Assembly (NCBI RefSeq): GCF_006345805.1
Contig: NW_021827584.1
Coordinates: 1 to 40,543, forward strand
From: Octopus sinensis
Taxonomy: Eukaryota
Direction: 5' to 3'
Length of the DNA stretch: 40,543 bases
Position numbers and translations under genes: made by a program. This document shows positions 26,766-39,130 of this stretch, one piece after another (position 1 is the stretch's first letter; each line of letters opens with the position of its first letter). The notes under the pieces were generated by a model. It was not told the DNA's origin and did no database searches. It saw nothing but the letters and a program-made list of their open reading frames with translations.

Positions 26766-27301
26766 ATTTCGCTTTGTTCCCACTCTCTAAACCCTTTCAA
26801 CAATTGAATAAATTATTTTCAGCTTTGCTAATCTACTTTGCTGCTGTTGATCTGCTGCTGTGCTTTTGCCGACACTGTTGCTGCTGCTGTTGTTGTTGTT
26901 GTTGCTGCCGTTGCTTCTGCTGTTGTATTTCTTTATTCACGTTCCTATTTATTTTTCTGCGTTGTAGTTCATTTTGAAGTCTGGGGTTGCCGAGAGGTGA
27001 ATAGCCATGTAAAATGTTACTTAATATAGACAACATTCGCTTTTCCCCCGTTGAAGGTCGTACTGCGTGTCTGGTGTGTACACATCTCTCTCTCCCTCTC
27101 TTCACACACGCATACACACACACACATACACACACACACACACACCACACACACATATATATATACACAGGAAAGTTAACTTACATACTAGTTGTGTGTG
27201 TAAATAGATAGATTGAAAATGGATGGCAATATACGAAGGTCAATAACAACTTTTAACGAAGTAGAGCAATAGAGCGATGTGTGTGTGTGTGTATATATTA
27301 T

Positions 27302-27365
<64 letters not shown>

Positions 27366-27840
27366 TATATATATATATAACATGAGAAACCATATATAGA
27401 TATGTTTACAAGTATATATAAATATACGCAGTTTTAATAAAGTATAAATATATATATATGTATGTATATATTATATATGCACATAATACATATACGTGTG
27501 TATATGTCTGTATGTGACGTGTGTTAATGCTAATACAAATAATTTTAATAATTTGAGATATGTCTTTCTATGCATGAGCGTATAGTTGTGCACTAAGCTG
27601 TATGTAAATATACGTCCTGCCAACAGGTGCCACATGTCTTTATTTTAAACTGTCTTCAAAGTTTATCACAGTAAAGTGTTACAATGGCCATTGATTGAAG
27701 CCCTTCGCCTTCAGATTTCATTCAAAATTTGCTCCTCCATCATTTTGAAGGCCTGACCTCTCGGTAAGTTATAATTTTCGCACTGCAAAACTAAAAAGTG
27801 CGCTACAAAAGAAAGTAGACAATGTGGATCGGAAATACAT

Positions 27841-27899
<59 letters not shown>

Positions 27900-28451
27900 G
27901 TAAAAGAAAAAAAATAGTGTATAAAGGAGTGGGGGTTGAAACCGTGTTGAGAGGTGTTGAAATATTGGAATTCTGGCGAATATCAGTGTAATGCCTACAG
28001 CATTTTTACATCCCGGTTCAACAGAAGTCCTTCATATGTTCAGAGCTCGCACTTCCACTGCCCTCCGTAGCTTTCACCATCTCTGTACGCTGTTTCTCGT
28101 CTTTTTCCCGATTATGGTTTGCTTTAAGTATTTTTGCGTATAAAGTAAAAGAGATACTCGTCCATGTGAGTTTACTCGAGGCTATGTTGATTGTATACAC
28201 ACACATATACGCACATATATATGCCTATACACAGGCAAACAAGCGTGCACACACGCACACAAACACCCAAAGATATATGAAGAAAATGTGTATGTAAGCA
28301 TATATTTGCTTTATGCTCAAATACATATATATATTTTTATATGTACAATACCAACACACATTTCTATTTCTGTGTGTGTATGTGTGTGTGTGTGTTAATA
28401 CATATATGAGGTTTTTGTATATACACATATGTATCTCTCTCTCTGTGTCTG

Positions 28452-28496
<45 letters not shown>

Positions 28497-29585
28497 ATAT
28501 ATTATATATATATATATATATACACACAAACATCTCTCTATTTCTCTCACTGTGTGTATGTGTATATATGTGTGTGTGTGTGTGTAGTTGTATATATAAA
28601 TGCACATATATTACGGCAGACAGTGGGGAGTGGGTGAAATTAATTCTGACATTTGCTGGGTTGTATCATTTGACCCTATGTAAATGTGATGGACCCCACT
28701 TATTTTTACCCCTGTCTACAGAAATTGTACTTTTGTCATCCAAAACTGGGACTAGTTTCAACAACTCTCCTCCATTTTAATTGTTTTATGTTTGTTTTAT
28801 TTGTAACTGCGTGTGATTGTGTGTGTGTATGTGTGTGTGTGTGTGTGTATTTCTGTATGTGTATATTTGTCTGTCTGTAAGTCTCTGTTTCTGATTCTTT
28901 GAATCTCATTAAAATGTGTGCAAGAATTATTGTTTCCACTGGTTCTTGGCTGTATACTTGAAATGTATTTTTGATTTTAAAAATTGATACGAGAAATCCC
29001 AGAAAGGTCGAGTTGATTCTGAATTTCTCTCAAGTGGTGATTGAGATGAAAATTTTTGTACCAATGATATATATAGGGTAAGTGCCTCGACGTTTCGTAT
29101 GCAACGTCTCAAAATAGTACCATGGGCGTATTTGTATTTTGTATAAAGTAACAAAGAAATGTAATAATATTATCTATTTCTTATACAAGAGACTAGTGAA
29201 GAAGTATCAAAATATTTCTATTTTGAAAATTATCTTTTAAAAAATCAGGCAGAAAGAAGCACCAAATGCCGTTTCAAATCTTGGAGAATGGTGAAAATGA
29301 TTGATCAATTGCAAAAGGAAAATGGCTGTAATCTATGAAATTCCCGTCAGGCTTCTGAGGTTGATGTGGCCAATGGCTGATACAGAACATCGATGCTATC
29401 AACATTTGTTTCGGACATCTGAAATTTACTGTCTTAAAGAAAAACTGTAGTCGAGAAGTGCATTTCAAAAAGTTGCAATTCTATACCTATTATAGTAGAG
29501 GACCTAGAAATTGGCGGAGATTCGGTCGAGTTGGCAAGGCAACTGCATATTAGTAGTTTTATAGTAATTAAATGAAGTTTAAACG

Positions 29586-29685
29586 TGGCTGTGTAGTTAA
29601 AATGTTTACTTTCCTAACTTCACGTTGCCTCTCATAACACTGCATTTTGGACAAGTGGGCTTATCTATCGCTTCGACCAAGACTA
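29586..29685 (+). mobile_element. Degenerate SINE family A head
   Basis: GTGGCTGTGTAGTTAA...TTTGGACAAGTG...CGACCAAG. Confidence 0.55.
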
Positions 29686-29966
29686 GGTATAGAGTTATAT
29701 CTTTTTTATCTTTTAATTAGGAGAGGAAGTAATGCACATAACCTTTTACAGAGCATCTAAATCTCGTGGTAGGAAAATGTCTTCAAACCAGAAAATTGGC
29801 CTTGAATGCTCGCAAAACAGAAGACTACATTAAAGACTCCAGTGGTACATGGTCGTGGTGTTAAATCGGCTGATGTATTAAGTCCACTACTCGGTCCGAT
29901 GTTTTTAATGCTTTCTAACAATCCTCCACACTGGACTGGTACTTCTCTTAAAAGCCTCTGCAGAAT

Positions 29967-30048
29967 GGTCTCGATCGGATTCAAACTCAGCGCGTAGAAT
30001 GTCGGAATACAGGTGGCCGAAGTTGTAACGAATCTATCAATTCGCCAC
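29967..30048 (-). mobile_element. Degenerate SINE family B head
   Basis: The reverse complement is GTGGCGAATTGATAGATTCGTTAC...CTGAGTTTGAATCCGATCGAGACC. Confidence 0.55.
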
Positions 30049-31497
30049 TTGAAAAGTAGTAGAAGACACTGGAATCTTGTCATAGGAAATCTATCTTCTC
30101 TTGGGGGACATAATCCGTCACACACTTTAACTAGGCCATCAGACACTTACTTGGCTGGAGTTTATTCTGTTACAATCTTTAGAATTATATAATACGTCTT
30201 CTTATTACCATATTTAAAAGCCCTAAAAATATCATGAGTGCTTTCCATTACAATAACAAAAATAATATATGGCTACTGACGAATAATAAACAGATGTAGA
30301 CAACGGATCACATCTCACCGGTGTAGTGATATAGCTATGCTAAACTAATGCTAAACAAATGAATAACTTTATCAGATCAGTTATATTAAATAATAACCAG
30401 ACGAACAATAAGACTTCACCGCTGTAAAGAGCATTGCAAGGCCGTGTGAAACCAAATCAAAGAACTTTTATAAGATTCGAAGAGCTAAGAGCTAACAGTT
30501 CATGGCTTGTAGTGAGGTGAAAGGAGAGCGAAATTATTAGATATTGTCACGAGTACGTTATATGAAAATATAAGCCAACAGTAGATCTTTTATGCGTTGC
30601 AGTGCTAAATCGCACCATAGTTGTGTAAAGGTGTGTGTGTTTGTGTGTACTTCAATGCACATAGATTCATATCTTAGTAAATATGAACCAATATACAAAA
30701 TGTATTTAGAATAGAATTATTCCGTTAGACTCATGCAAGTATTGAAAAGTGAAGCTCAAAAAGTTGATCTCTCTCTCGCTTCCTCTTTCTATTTCTCTCT
30801 CTCTCATTCACTCACTTATACAAACGCACCTAAACACGCGTGCGCACATATGAACGTACATATTTATATCTATATCAATCTTATCTATTCATTCATATAT
30901 CTCGACATATATACGTACCCAGAAGTTTGCAAAAAGCAAAAGTGTCTGTTCCACGCATACAAACGCACGCACAAACACACGCATAAATGTATGTATATGA
31001 TGAATATGTATTACACATCAACCCGTCCTAAGTTTCATTCAACTGTAATCTTTTATAGTATAATCTTTCATACGCTTAAAATAATGGATTATCACATTTA
31101 GTATCTGATCTGTTGAATCTGTATATTCCTAACTCCATTTCTATAATTACATACACACACGATAGACATATGCATGTCTGTATATTCATATGTGTGTATG
31201 CATATATATGTACATATACATCTTCGTGTTTAACTGAGTGCGCGCAATCATTTCTTTATGTTTGTTTCATTCCATAACATAATTCGCAGTTTTTAGTGTT
31301 GTTATCTTTGGTAGCATTTTGTGTAGAATTCTGGGCATTTTTTCATAAGTTAAAACCTATTTTGCCTTTCAGTTTCTCCTTCATAATCTCTTATATCAAA
31401 ATCTTAATTACAATGTATCGCATTCTACGTTCTGTGAGTGCAAGGGTGCTTAAATATATATATATATATATGCATGTATGTATGTATGCATATATGT

Positions 31498-31533
31498 GTG
31501 TGTATGTGAGTATATATATACTCACATACACAC
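31498..31533. repeat. Perfect 36-bp palindrome centred on (TA)5
   Basis: GTGTGTATGTGAG-TATATATATA-CTCACATACACAC. Confidence 0.95.
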
Positions 31534-31610
31534 TCATAATACATATACACATACATACATATATATACATACGTACATATATACATACACATATATATAC
31601 ACATATATAC

Positions 31611-31645
<35 letters not shown>

Positions 31646-31711
31646 CATACATATGTATATACATACATGCATATGTATGTATATATATTATATATATATA
31701 TATATATATAA

Positions 31712-31750
<39 letters not shown>

Positions 31751-31758
31751 CATATATA

Positions 31759-31797
<39 letters not shown>

Positions 31798-31813
31798 CAT
31801 ATATATATATATA

Positions 31814-32133
31814 TCCTTAAATCCTTACAAATGTTTTAAGCTCGAAGGCCGCGGCCATGCTGGGGCACCACCGCTGAATGAGCTACACTAGTTTGTGATC
31901 CACCTCTGATACGTGGCACTTGATCAACAAGGGAGTTCGATGCTGCTGCCCGCATCCGTGTCTCCTGTCGTGAGGTAGGTTCATCTGGGACTCCCAACAA
32001 GAGAATCCAGTTTTAGTTTTAAAGAAACCCACATCCACACCATGTAAGTCTCTCAGGCATTTAGGAGGATGTTAAAGCTGTTCTCCTCTAAACCCAAGCT
32101 GTTGCAGTATCTGGACCTGTATTTTGATGAAGC

Positions 32134-32134
<1 letters not shown>
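31814..32134 (-). mobile_element. 5'-truncated non-LTR retrotransposon (CR1/L2-group LINE): ORF2 C-terminus and 3' end
   Basis: With frameshifts, the minus strand reads ...YCNSLGFRG..LFNILPK.LRDLHGVDV..FK.KLD..LLGVPDEPTSRQETRMRAAASNSLVDQ. This fits the C-terminal RG.LFN.LP...K..LD..L..VPDEP...SNSL.DQ pattern of these LINEs. The element ends in a TAAGGAT tandem tail. Confidence 0.85.
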
Positions 32135-32192
<58 letters not shown>

Positions 32193-32223
32193 AGCATAAT
32201 AGATATTATATATAATCTATATA

Positions 32224-32263
<40 letters not shown>

Positions 32264-32358
32264 AGCATATATATATATATATATAACATATATATATATA
32301 TATTATATATATATATATAATATATAAGCATATATATATATATATATAAGCATATATA

Positions 32359-32417
<59 letters not shown>

Positions 32418-32456
32418 ATATATATATAATAGAGCATATATATATAATATATAAGC

Positions 32457-32494
<38 letters not shown>

Positions 32495-32662
32495 ATATAT
32501 ATATATATCTAATAAGCATATAATATATATATATATATATATATTAAGCATATATATATATATAAGCATATATTATATATATATATATATATAGGCATAT
32601 ATATATATAAGCATATATATATATAATATATATATATATAAGCATATATATATATATTATAA

Positions 32663-32695
<33 letters not shown>

Positions 32696-32846
32696 CATAT
32701 ATATTATATATATATAAGCATATATATAATATATATATAAGCATATATATATATATAATATATATATATTATATAAGCAATATATATATATATATAGATA
32801 TATATATATAGATATATATAAGCATATATATTATATATATATATAA

Positions 32847-32887
<41 letters not shown>

Positions 32888-33085
32888 CATATATTACATA
32901 TATATATATATATATAAGCATATATATATATATATATATATATATAAGCATATAATATATATATATATATATATAAGCATATATATATATATATATATAT
33001 ATAAGCATATATATATATATATATATATATAAGCCTATATATATATATATATTATATAAGCATATATATATATATATATATGCTT
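32135..33085. repeat. Higher-order array of AAGC(AT)n units, about 25 copies over ~950 bp
   Basis: The AAGCAT motif recurs between variable (TA)n runs. The array ends in the perfect 28-bp palindrome AAGC(AT)10GCTT at 33058-33085. Confidence 0.9.
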
Positions 33086-33349
33086 GTTTGCATAATATGA
33101 GTGTGTGAGTCGCTGTATCATATCTATAGTATTTTATATTTTTGAGAGAGAGAGAAGAGAGAGCAACTCTCTGTTTTTGTATGGAAACTTAGCTGAAGCA
33201 ACTACAATTGATAGACAGGTAAAATAAAGGGACATTACCCTCCAGTGAGCAATATCACATTATAAAAATAACAATACGGTAGTCGCGACAGTAAATCATT
33301 CTATTAAAATAAAACACGTGCACATACATAGATGACTACAATACATATT

Positions 33350-33400
<51 letters not shown>

Positions 33401-33899
33401 CATATATATGTATCTTCATGTGAATATGTACATATACACGCACACGCGCATACGCACAACATTGCATATTTAAACATATATGCATACAATGGTAAGCTTT
33501 CCAGTTTTAATTTAGTTTCTAATATATATTCACTGCACACATTTTTCAAATTAATTTTCACACGCAACGCACACGTGTATACGTATTAAAAGTATCTCAC
33601 ACTTTATAATATCCATACTCTCCCACTTCTCTCACTCACTATCTTCCTATCTCTCTCTCTCTTTCTCTCTCCCTCTCTCTCATAAGCAGTAGATATCTAT
33701 CAAATCCTAGTAACACAGGCCCTCAGTTTGTAGGGAGACAGTGGGGTTAGTTGGAAGAATTTTAGGTGTTTTCATTCCCACAGGTTGAACTTAGATCCAA
33801 AACATTAATTAATTATTTATTTATATGCTTATAACGGCGATAGGCCATAGTTCAATTGTTGGTTGAACGTGATTCAGCTGTATTGCTTGTTTGTTATCT

Positions 33900-34460
33900 A
33901 TTATTTGTGTTTTTCCCAGGTTAACTTGGATATTTCAGGCCAATGATGAATGTATTCAACGCTGTGTCCCTTCTGCTTGGTGGATTTATCTCATGTATAT
34001 CAGGGCTTTGTTGAGAGATGTCCATTCTGAATGTAGATACGTCTATGCTAGCATCACCTAATGTATATTTGTCTCTTTTGAGGGCAGTATTGTGCTATTT
34101 AACGGAAGTTCATTTTACTGATTGCATACTAATGAGACTAATGATAATTAAGGAAGTCGCCCTAATCATAATGAGTAAGGAATCCCCTGACAACATGCTA
34201 CAGCCATTTATCCGCAAACGTTCTGTTTAGGTCTGTGAGTTATTTGTGCTAATCCACAGCATCTGAATTCATTCCCTGAATTTTTTCCCTACTATATTTG
34301 ACATTTCTCCTTCCCTTCGCAAACCATTTACTAATTCTGTCTCAGTTATAAAACCTGTCGTTCATATGATTTCTTAAATCTATCCTTATTTTTCTCAATT
34401 ATTTCCCTACAATTATTTGCCACGTTTTACTCCAGACATACTTCCACAGACCTTCAATAT
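33900..34460 (-). mobile_element. Heavily decayed APE (EEP-family) endonuclease relic of a LINE
   Basis: With several frameshifts and stops, motifs appear in canonical order: LW(N).SG (~34445), ITET (34338-49), LIMI-GDF.N.H (34153-61), (T)YIQNG.LS..PD (34021-39), HHWP as a possible SDH.P equivalent (33937-48). Confidence 0.45.
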
Positions 34461-34799
34461 CAACGTGAACTACATCGATCTCAGCTGCCTCTGAGGACCT
34501 GAGGCTTTTTAGTGAAGTCCTATCTTTAATTTTAAAAGAATGTATTGCATAATTGTAATTTCATTTCAAAATTACAAATCTGTATATATAAGTATTCAGA
34601 ATAACATTGGTGGACGAATTGGCATGGTATTGTTTATTGGTTTACTGATAGTGTGAACTAATAGCACTTAAGCCACTTTATAAATACTTACAGGAGGTGG
34701 GGGAATGAGCCTTTAGTTACATAAGATTCAATCATTGCAGGTGCCCTGTTTTTGACTTGTTGCAACAGCAAGTCTTCGATTAGATTGCTTGGGGTTATA

Positions 34800-35081
34800 C
34801 ATTCAATAATAGAAAGGGAGAGGAAGGGAAAGACGAAGATAAAATAGAGAAAAGAGAAAGAAAAAAGTGGATATAATTATAAAGGGGCAAGGGAGAGTGC
34901 GAGTGTATGTGTATGTTAGGGGGATATTGGATAATTGGGTAAAGGGCTGGGCAATTCCACTTGGAACTACATGAAAAAAGAAATTCTACGGAGAGAAAGA
35001 GATGAATTAATCGAGAGATAGAGAGAGAGAGAGCGATTGAGAAAGAAAGAGTGAGAGAGTTACTGACAAAGATAGATATGG

Positions 35082-35112
<31 letters not shown>

Positions 35113-35290
35113 GATAGGGGAAGTCGGAAGATAAGCGGGAAAAAAGAAGAGGGATAATAATAAAGAGCAAATATAGTTTGAAAGAAATGTGTAAAAGATT
35201 AGGGAGAGTAAGGAATAAGAGGAAGAGTAAAGATTAAGGAAGGCGAGAAAAATGATTGAATGAGGAGAGCAAGGGGCGAGCACAAGTGAC
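34800..35290. repeat. Purine-rich (GA/GAAA) low-complexity tract
   Basis: Read directly from the sequence. Confidence 0.85.
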
Positions 35291-35679
35291 ATGAGTGTGC
35301 ATGTGTGTGGTGGGGAGATAATATTGAGAGTGAAGAATAGGAAAGGTGGTGGGTGATGGTGAGTGTGGACACAATCAATTTTCTGCTAGACAGGCTTTGT
35401 AGAAGTAAAGAAATATAATCAATATTACGATTGAAATTAAGTTAAATCTGCTGATATTGTCTCGACATTCACGAATACACACACAAACACACACGCAAGC
35501 AACCATGTATGTGCGTGCGTGTATATATTATATGTGTATATATAGGTACATATATATATATATATTTATGTGCGTATGTATGTATGAATGCATATATATA
35601 TATGTATATTTTATGTATATATTTACGTATGTTATATATATATATGTATATATTGAATGTATGCGTATATATATGTATG

Positions 35680-35764
<85 letters not shown>

Positions 35765-35974
35765 GAAAGAGAATTTTTGGAGGTACAGAATCGGCTCTTT
35801 CTCCCTTCGTGAGAAACACCATAAATAAAGCCAGGAAATAGGTACACCCAGAGCCACACATTAATATACATTCATACATACATGCATAGATACATAGACA
35901 CATTCGTATATATATATATATTTCATCTTTTGCATGTATATGTATTCTAGTGCACATATATATATGTGTGTATA

Positions 35975-36044
<70 letters not shown>

Positions 36045-36137
36045 GTATTATATTATATTTATATATATACAACGTTTCTCAAGCTCACCACCTTAGGATG
36101 AATAAAATATTCTTCTTTAAATATATCTAACAATATC

Positions 36138-36312
36138 GGAAGAGTGTCACGCGACTTTCTAGAAACAGCGTCCAAATTCCTCTTAACGCACACATTACCA
36201 TCTTCAAAATAATGAAATTGGTTAATGTAACTTTGGGTTTCATTTACTTTTCAAAAAGAAAGAAAAAAGGAATGGTTTGTTATGGCTGGTACTTCTAGGG
36301 TTCAACAACAAC
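36138..36312 (+). mobile_element. Family C copy, internally deleted, ending in (CAA)n
   Basis: CTAGAAACAGCGTCCAAATTCCTC...ACCATCTT...TTATGGCTGG...GGGTTCAACAACAAC. Confidence 0.55.
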
Positions 36313-36350
36313 AAACACCGCCAGTGATTTTTATCAAGACCACTACCTTA

Positions 36351-36583
36351 GGTGGCGAGCTGGCAGAAACTTTAGCACGCTGGGCGAAATGCTTAGCGGT
36401 ATTTTGTCTGCCGCTACGTTCTGAGTTCAAATTCTGCCGAGGTCGACTTTGCCTTTCATCCTTTCGGGGTCGATTAAATAAGTACCAGTTACGCACTGGG
36501 GTCGATATAACCGACTTAATCCGTTTGTCTGTCCTTGTTTGTCCTCTCTGTGTTTAGCCCCTTGTGGGCAATAAAGAAATAAT
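36351..36583 (+). mobile_element. Young full-length SINE family B with an alternative 3' tail
   Basis: Head and body are near-identical to the 22840 copy. The tail CCGTTTGTCTGTCCTTGTTTGTCCTCTCTGTGTTTAGCCCCTTGTGGGCAATAAAGAAAT differs from the other copies. Confidence 0.93.
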
Positions 36584-36585
36584 AA

Positions 36586-36945
36586 TCGTTAGGAAGCCGG
36601 ATAACATGCTTAGCGGTAGTTCCACTCTGCCTTTCATATATTCGGAGTCGATGAAATAGGTTCAAGTTGGACCAATGGGGTTAACGTAATCGACTTGCCC
36701 GTTACACCGAACTTGCTTGCCTTGTCCCAAAATTTGAAAAGCAGCGTGCTTAGCAGAATTATCAATCGACAGCACTAAATACTTCGAGGCTTTCACGTTC
36801 TGTGTTCAAAATCTGCAGAGATCAAATCTGCTTTTCATCTTTTCCAAGTCGATAAAATAAAGTACTTGTCAAGTACTGGGATTGATTTAATCAATTGTCT
36901 CATTCATCAAAACTGCCGGCCTTACGTCAAAAATTTCAAAGAGTT
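36586..36945 (+). mobile_element. Two older SINE family B copies in tandem
   Basis: ATCGTTAG...ATGCTTAGCGG...CGTAATCGACT...CAAAATTTGAAA, then CACGTTCTGTGTTCAAAATC...GTCGATAAAATAAAGTAC...CTGGGATTGATTTAATC. Confidence 0.75.
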
Positions 36946-37424
36946 ATTGTAAATATCTCCAACTTCGCTACTAATACACTGCAAGTACGCAGTCATTAGG
37001 TTTGCTAACAATAACCTCATCTTTCAGTTTGTATTTTAGTGCTTTGTTAGATATAAGAGAGCAAGTCAGTGACAATTTTGTCCTTAAATCGGAGGTAAGA
37101 ATTTGCTCCGTTAAAGGAACTCATGGTTTAGATGATGTTGATGTAAAACGGTGAAGTATTTTCCCGTACTTTCAATGAATTCTTCCCAACTTTTATATAT
37201 TCGTGAAGGGGATTATTTAGCATAAAATTGAGGCGGAGAGAGTAGCGGAAGAATTTGAGGATTTGGGACGTAGTGCTCATCTCAGAGAAACTTTTGCCTC
37301 TCAAACGAAACCTTATATTCTTTTTCTACCCATGTCATAACAATTTAGACATAGTCATTAATTTCAAACTGTAATGTTATAATGTTTGCCGACGCGCAGC
37401 ACTACTAGTTTCCGTACTCTCCTC

Positions 37425-37488
37425 CTCCCCCTCTCTCTCCCTCTCTCTCTCTCTCTCTGCCTCTGTGTGTGTGTGTGTGTCTCTCTCT

Positions 37489-37524
<36 letters not shown>

Positions 37525-37528
37525 TCTC

Positions 37529-37570
<42 letters not shown>

Positions 37571-37652
37571 ATATTATAGCTGCAGAAGAAGCTCTCTCTC
37601 ACTCTCTCTCTCTCTCTCTCACTCTGCCTGTCTGTCTGTCTCTCTCTCTCTG
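37425..37652. repeat. (CT)n/(GT)n compound microsatellite
   Basis: Read directly from the sequence. Confidence 0.95.
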
Positions 37653-38469
37653 TAAGATTATGGCTGCAGAAGAGGTCTAATCTAATAGAAGTAGCAATTA
37701 TAGATATATAAGTGTAGTGTGTATAGTAAGTGCATATAGGAGGGTGTATTTTTTGCTGTATTACATTTAAAGTTACAAGAGAGAGAGAGAAAGAGAAAGA
37801 GAGAGAAAGACACAAACAGACAGACTCTTTGAAGGGGCAAATAGAAGGTAATGGAGGGGTGGGGCATACGTTTAACACCTTAGTGAGGGAGATAATGAAA
37901 ACCTCAGTCACAATGTGTCATATATAAGGCTTAGACGGAGACGTGTGGAGGAAGCAAAACTTACAACTTCAATCCACTTCTTTATTTGCGTATATTACAC
38001 TATGAATATGTGGATTTGGTGAATGTGTGTGCGTATAATATGCATACACAAATATACACAAAACCACACATTCAAATATATATATATATATATATATTAT
38101 ATAGTGCATATTTGTCTATGTATGTGTGTGTGTATTTATACATAGATGGCTATACGTATATTTATATATGTTTGCATCAATGTGTATGCATATATTAAAT
38201 ATTTATTTATATAATACATATATTTGTATAATACACGCCTACGTGCAAGTGTGTACATATATATATAATATATATATACTATATATATTATATATATATA
38301 TATATGTGTGTGTATATATGTATATATACGTACACATATACACATGTCACATATCTATCTATATATGACATATATATACATATATATATATATATATAAT
38401 GACTATGCGTGGGTGGCTGTGAGTACCTGGCTATTTCTAACACAGACGCGAGCGTGTGCGGAGACGGAG

Positions 38470-38501
<32 letters not shown>

Positions 38502-38609
38502 AGGCTACTGAGTCATTTGCGGTCCTTTGATTCGAAAATACATACCGTTTCGTGTCAAACGGTCTAAACAGTATATTTTTATTGTAATTCCCCGTCTTGA
38601 TTATCTCAA

Positions 38610-38646
38610 AAGGTTATTGTTATTATTATTATTATTACTATTATTA

Positions 38647-38697
<51 letters not shown>

Positions 38698-38715
38698 CAT
38701 TATTATTATTATTAT
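38610..38715. repeat. (ATT)n microsatellite
   Basis: Read directly from the sequence. Confidence 0.95.
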
Positions 38716-39068
38716 TTTGTGATTGCTGTTACTGTTGTTACTTTTCTGTCCTAAGTAGTGCGTCTCTTTTATGAAACACCGGTGGGAAGCGTGAGGGAGG
38801 TGATCCAGTTTAATTGTAGGCCTGTATAAGTCACACACGTAGTAATTATGAGATGCAAGTGCTTCTCTGAAACCCATGCCAGCCTACTCACCACACCACC
38901 AAACACTACGGTATACCATACTACACTACTAACATTGTCTCAGTAACTATGCCTCTACCAATCAACCAACAAATCTGTCTATCTATCTAAATATCTATCT
39001 ATCTATTATCTCTATCCTCTATCTGTATGTCTATCTGATTCTCTTTCACACACACACACACACCCTCG

Positions 39069-39130
<62 letters not shown>

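Noticed and set aside
27968-28060. NSGEYQCNA, resembling an Ig-domain F-strand
   Set aside because: There is an upstream in-frame stop, no other Ig motifs and no splice sites.
29085-29112. CGAAACGTC hammerhead half on the minus strand (also CTGATGA...CGAAA at ~1000-1015)
   Set aside because: The catalytic core or stem II is missing.
29757-30146. 129-aa higher-complexity ORF on the minus strand
   Set aside because: Its middle is a decayed SINE-B head (29967-30048), and it has no recognisable domain.
32135-33085. CRISPR-like repeat-spacer pattern
   Set aside because: The repeats are only 4-6 nt, the spacers are pure (TA)n, and the DNA is eukaryotic with no cas genes.
31814-34460. APE relic and LINE 3' end as one full-length element (same strand, correct order)
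   Set aside because: No RT sequence lies between them, their divergence differs greatly, and the 3' fragment appears to have its own TSD.
36282-36557. 91-aa ORF (also ORFs at 3128, 3466, 4468, 22555)
   Set aside because: These lie within SINE or 5S pseudogene sequence.
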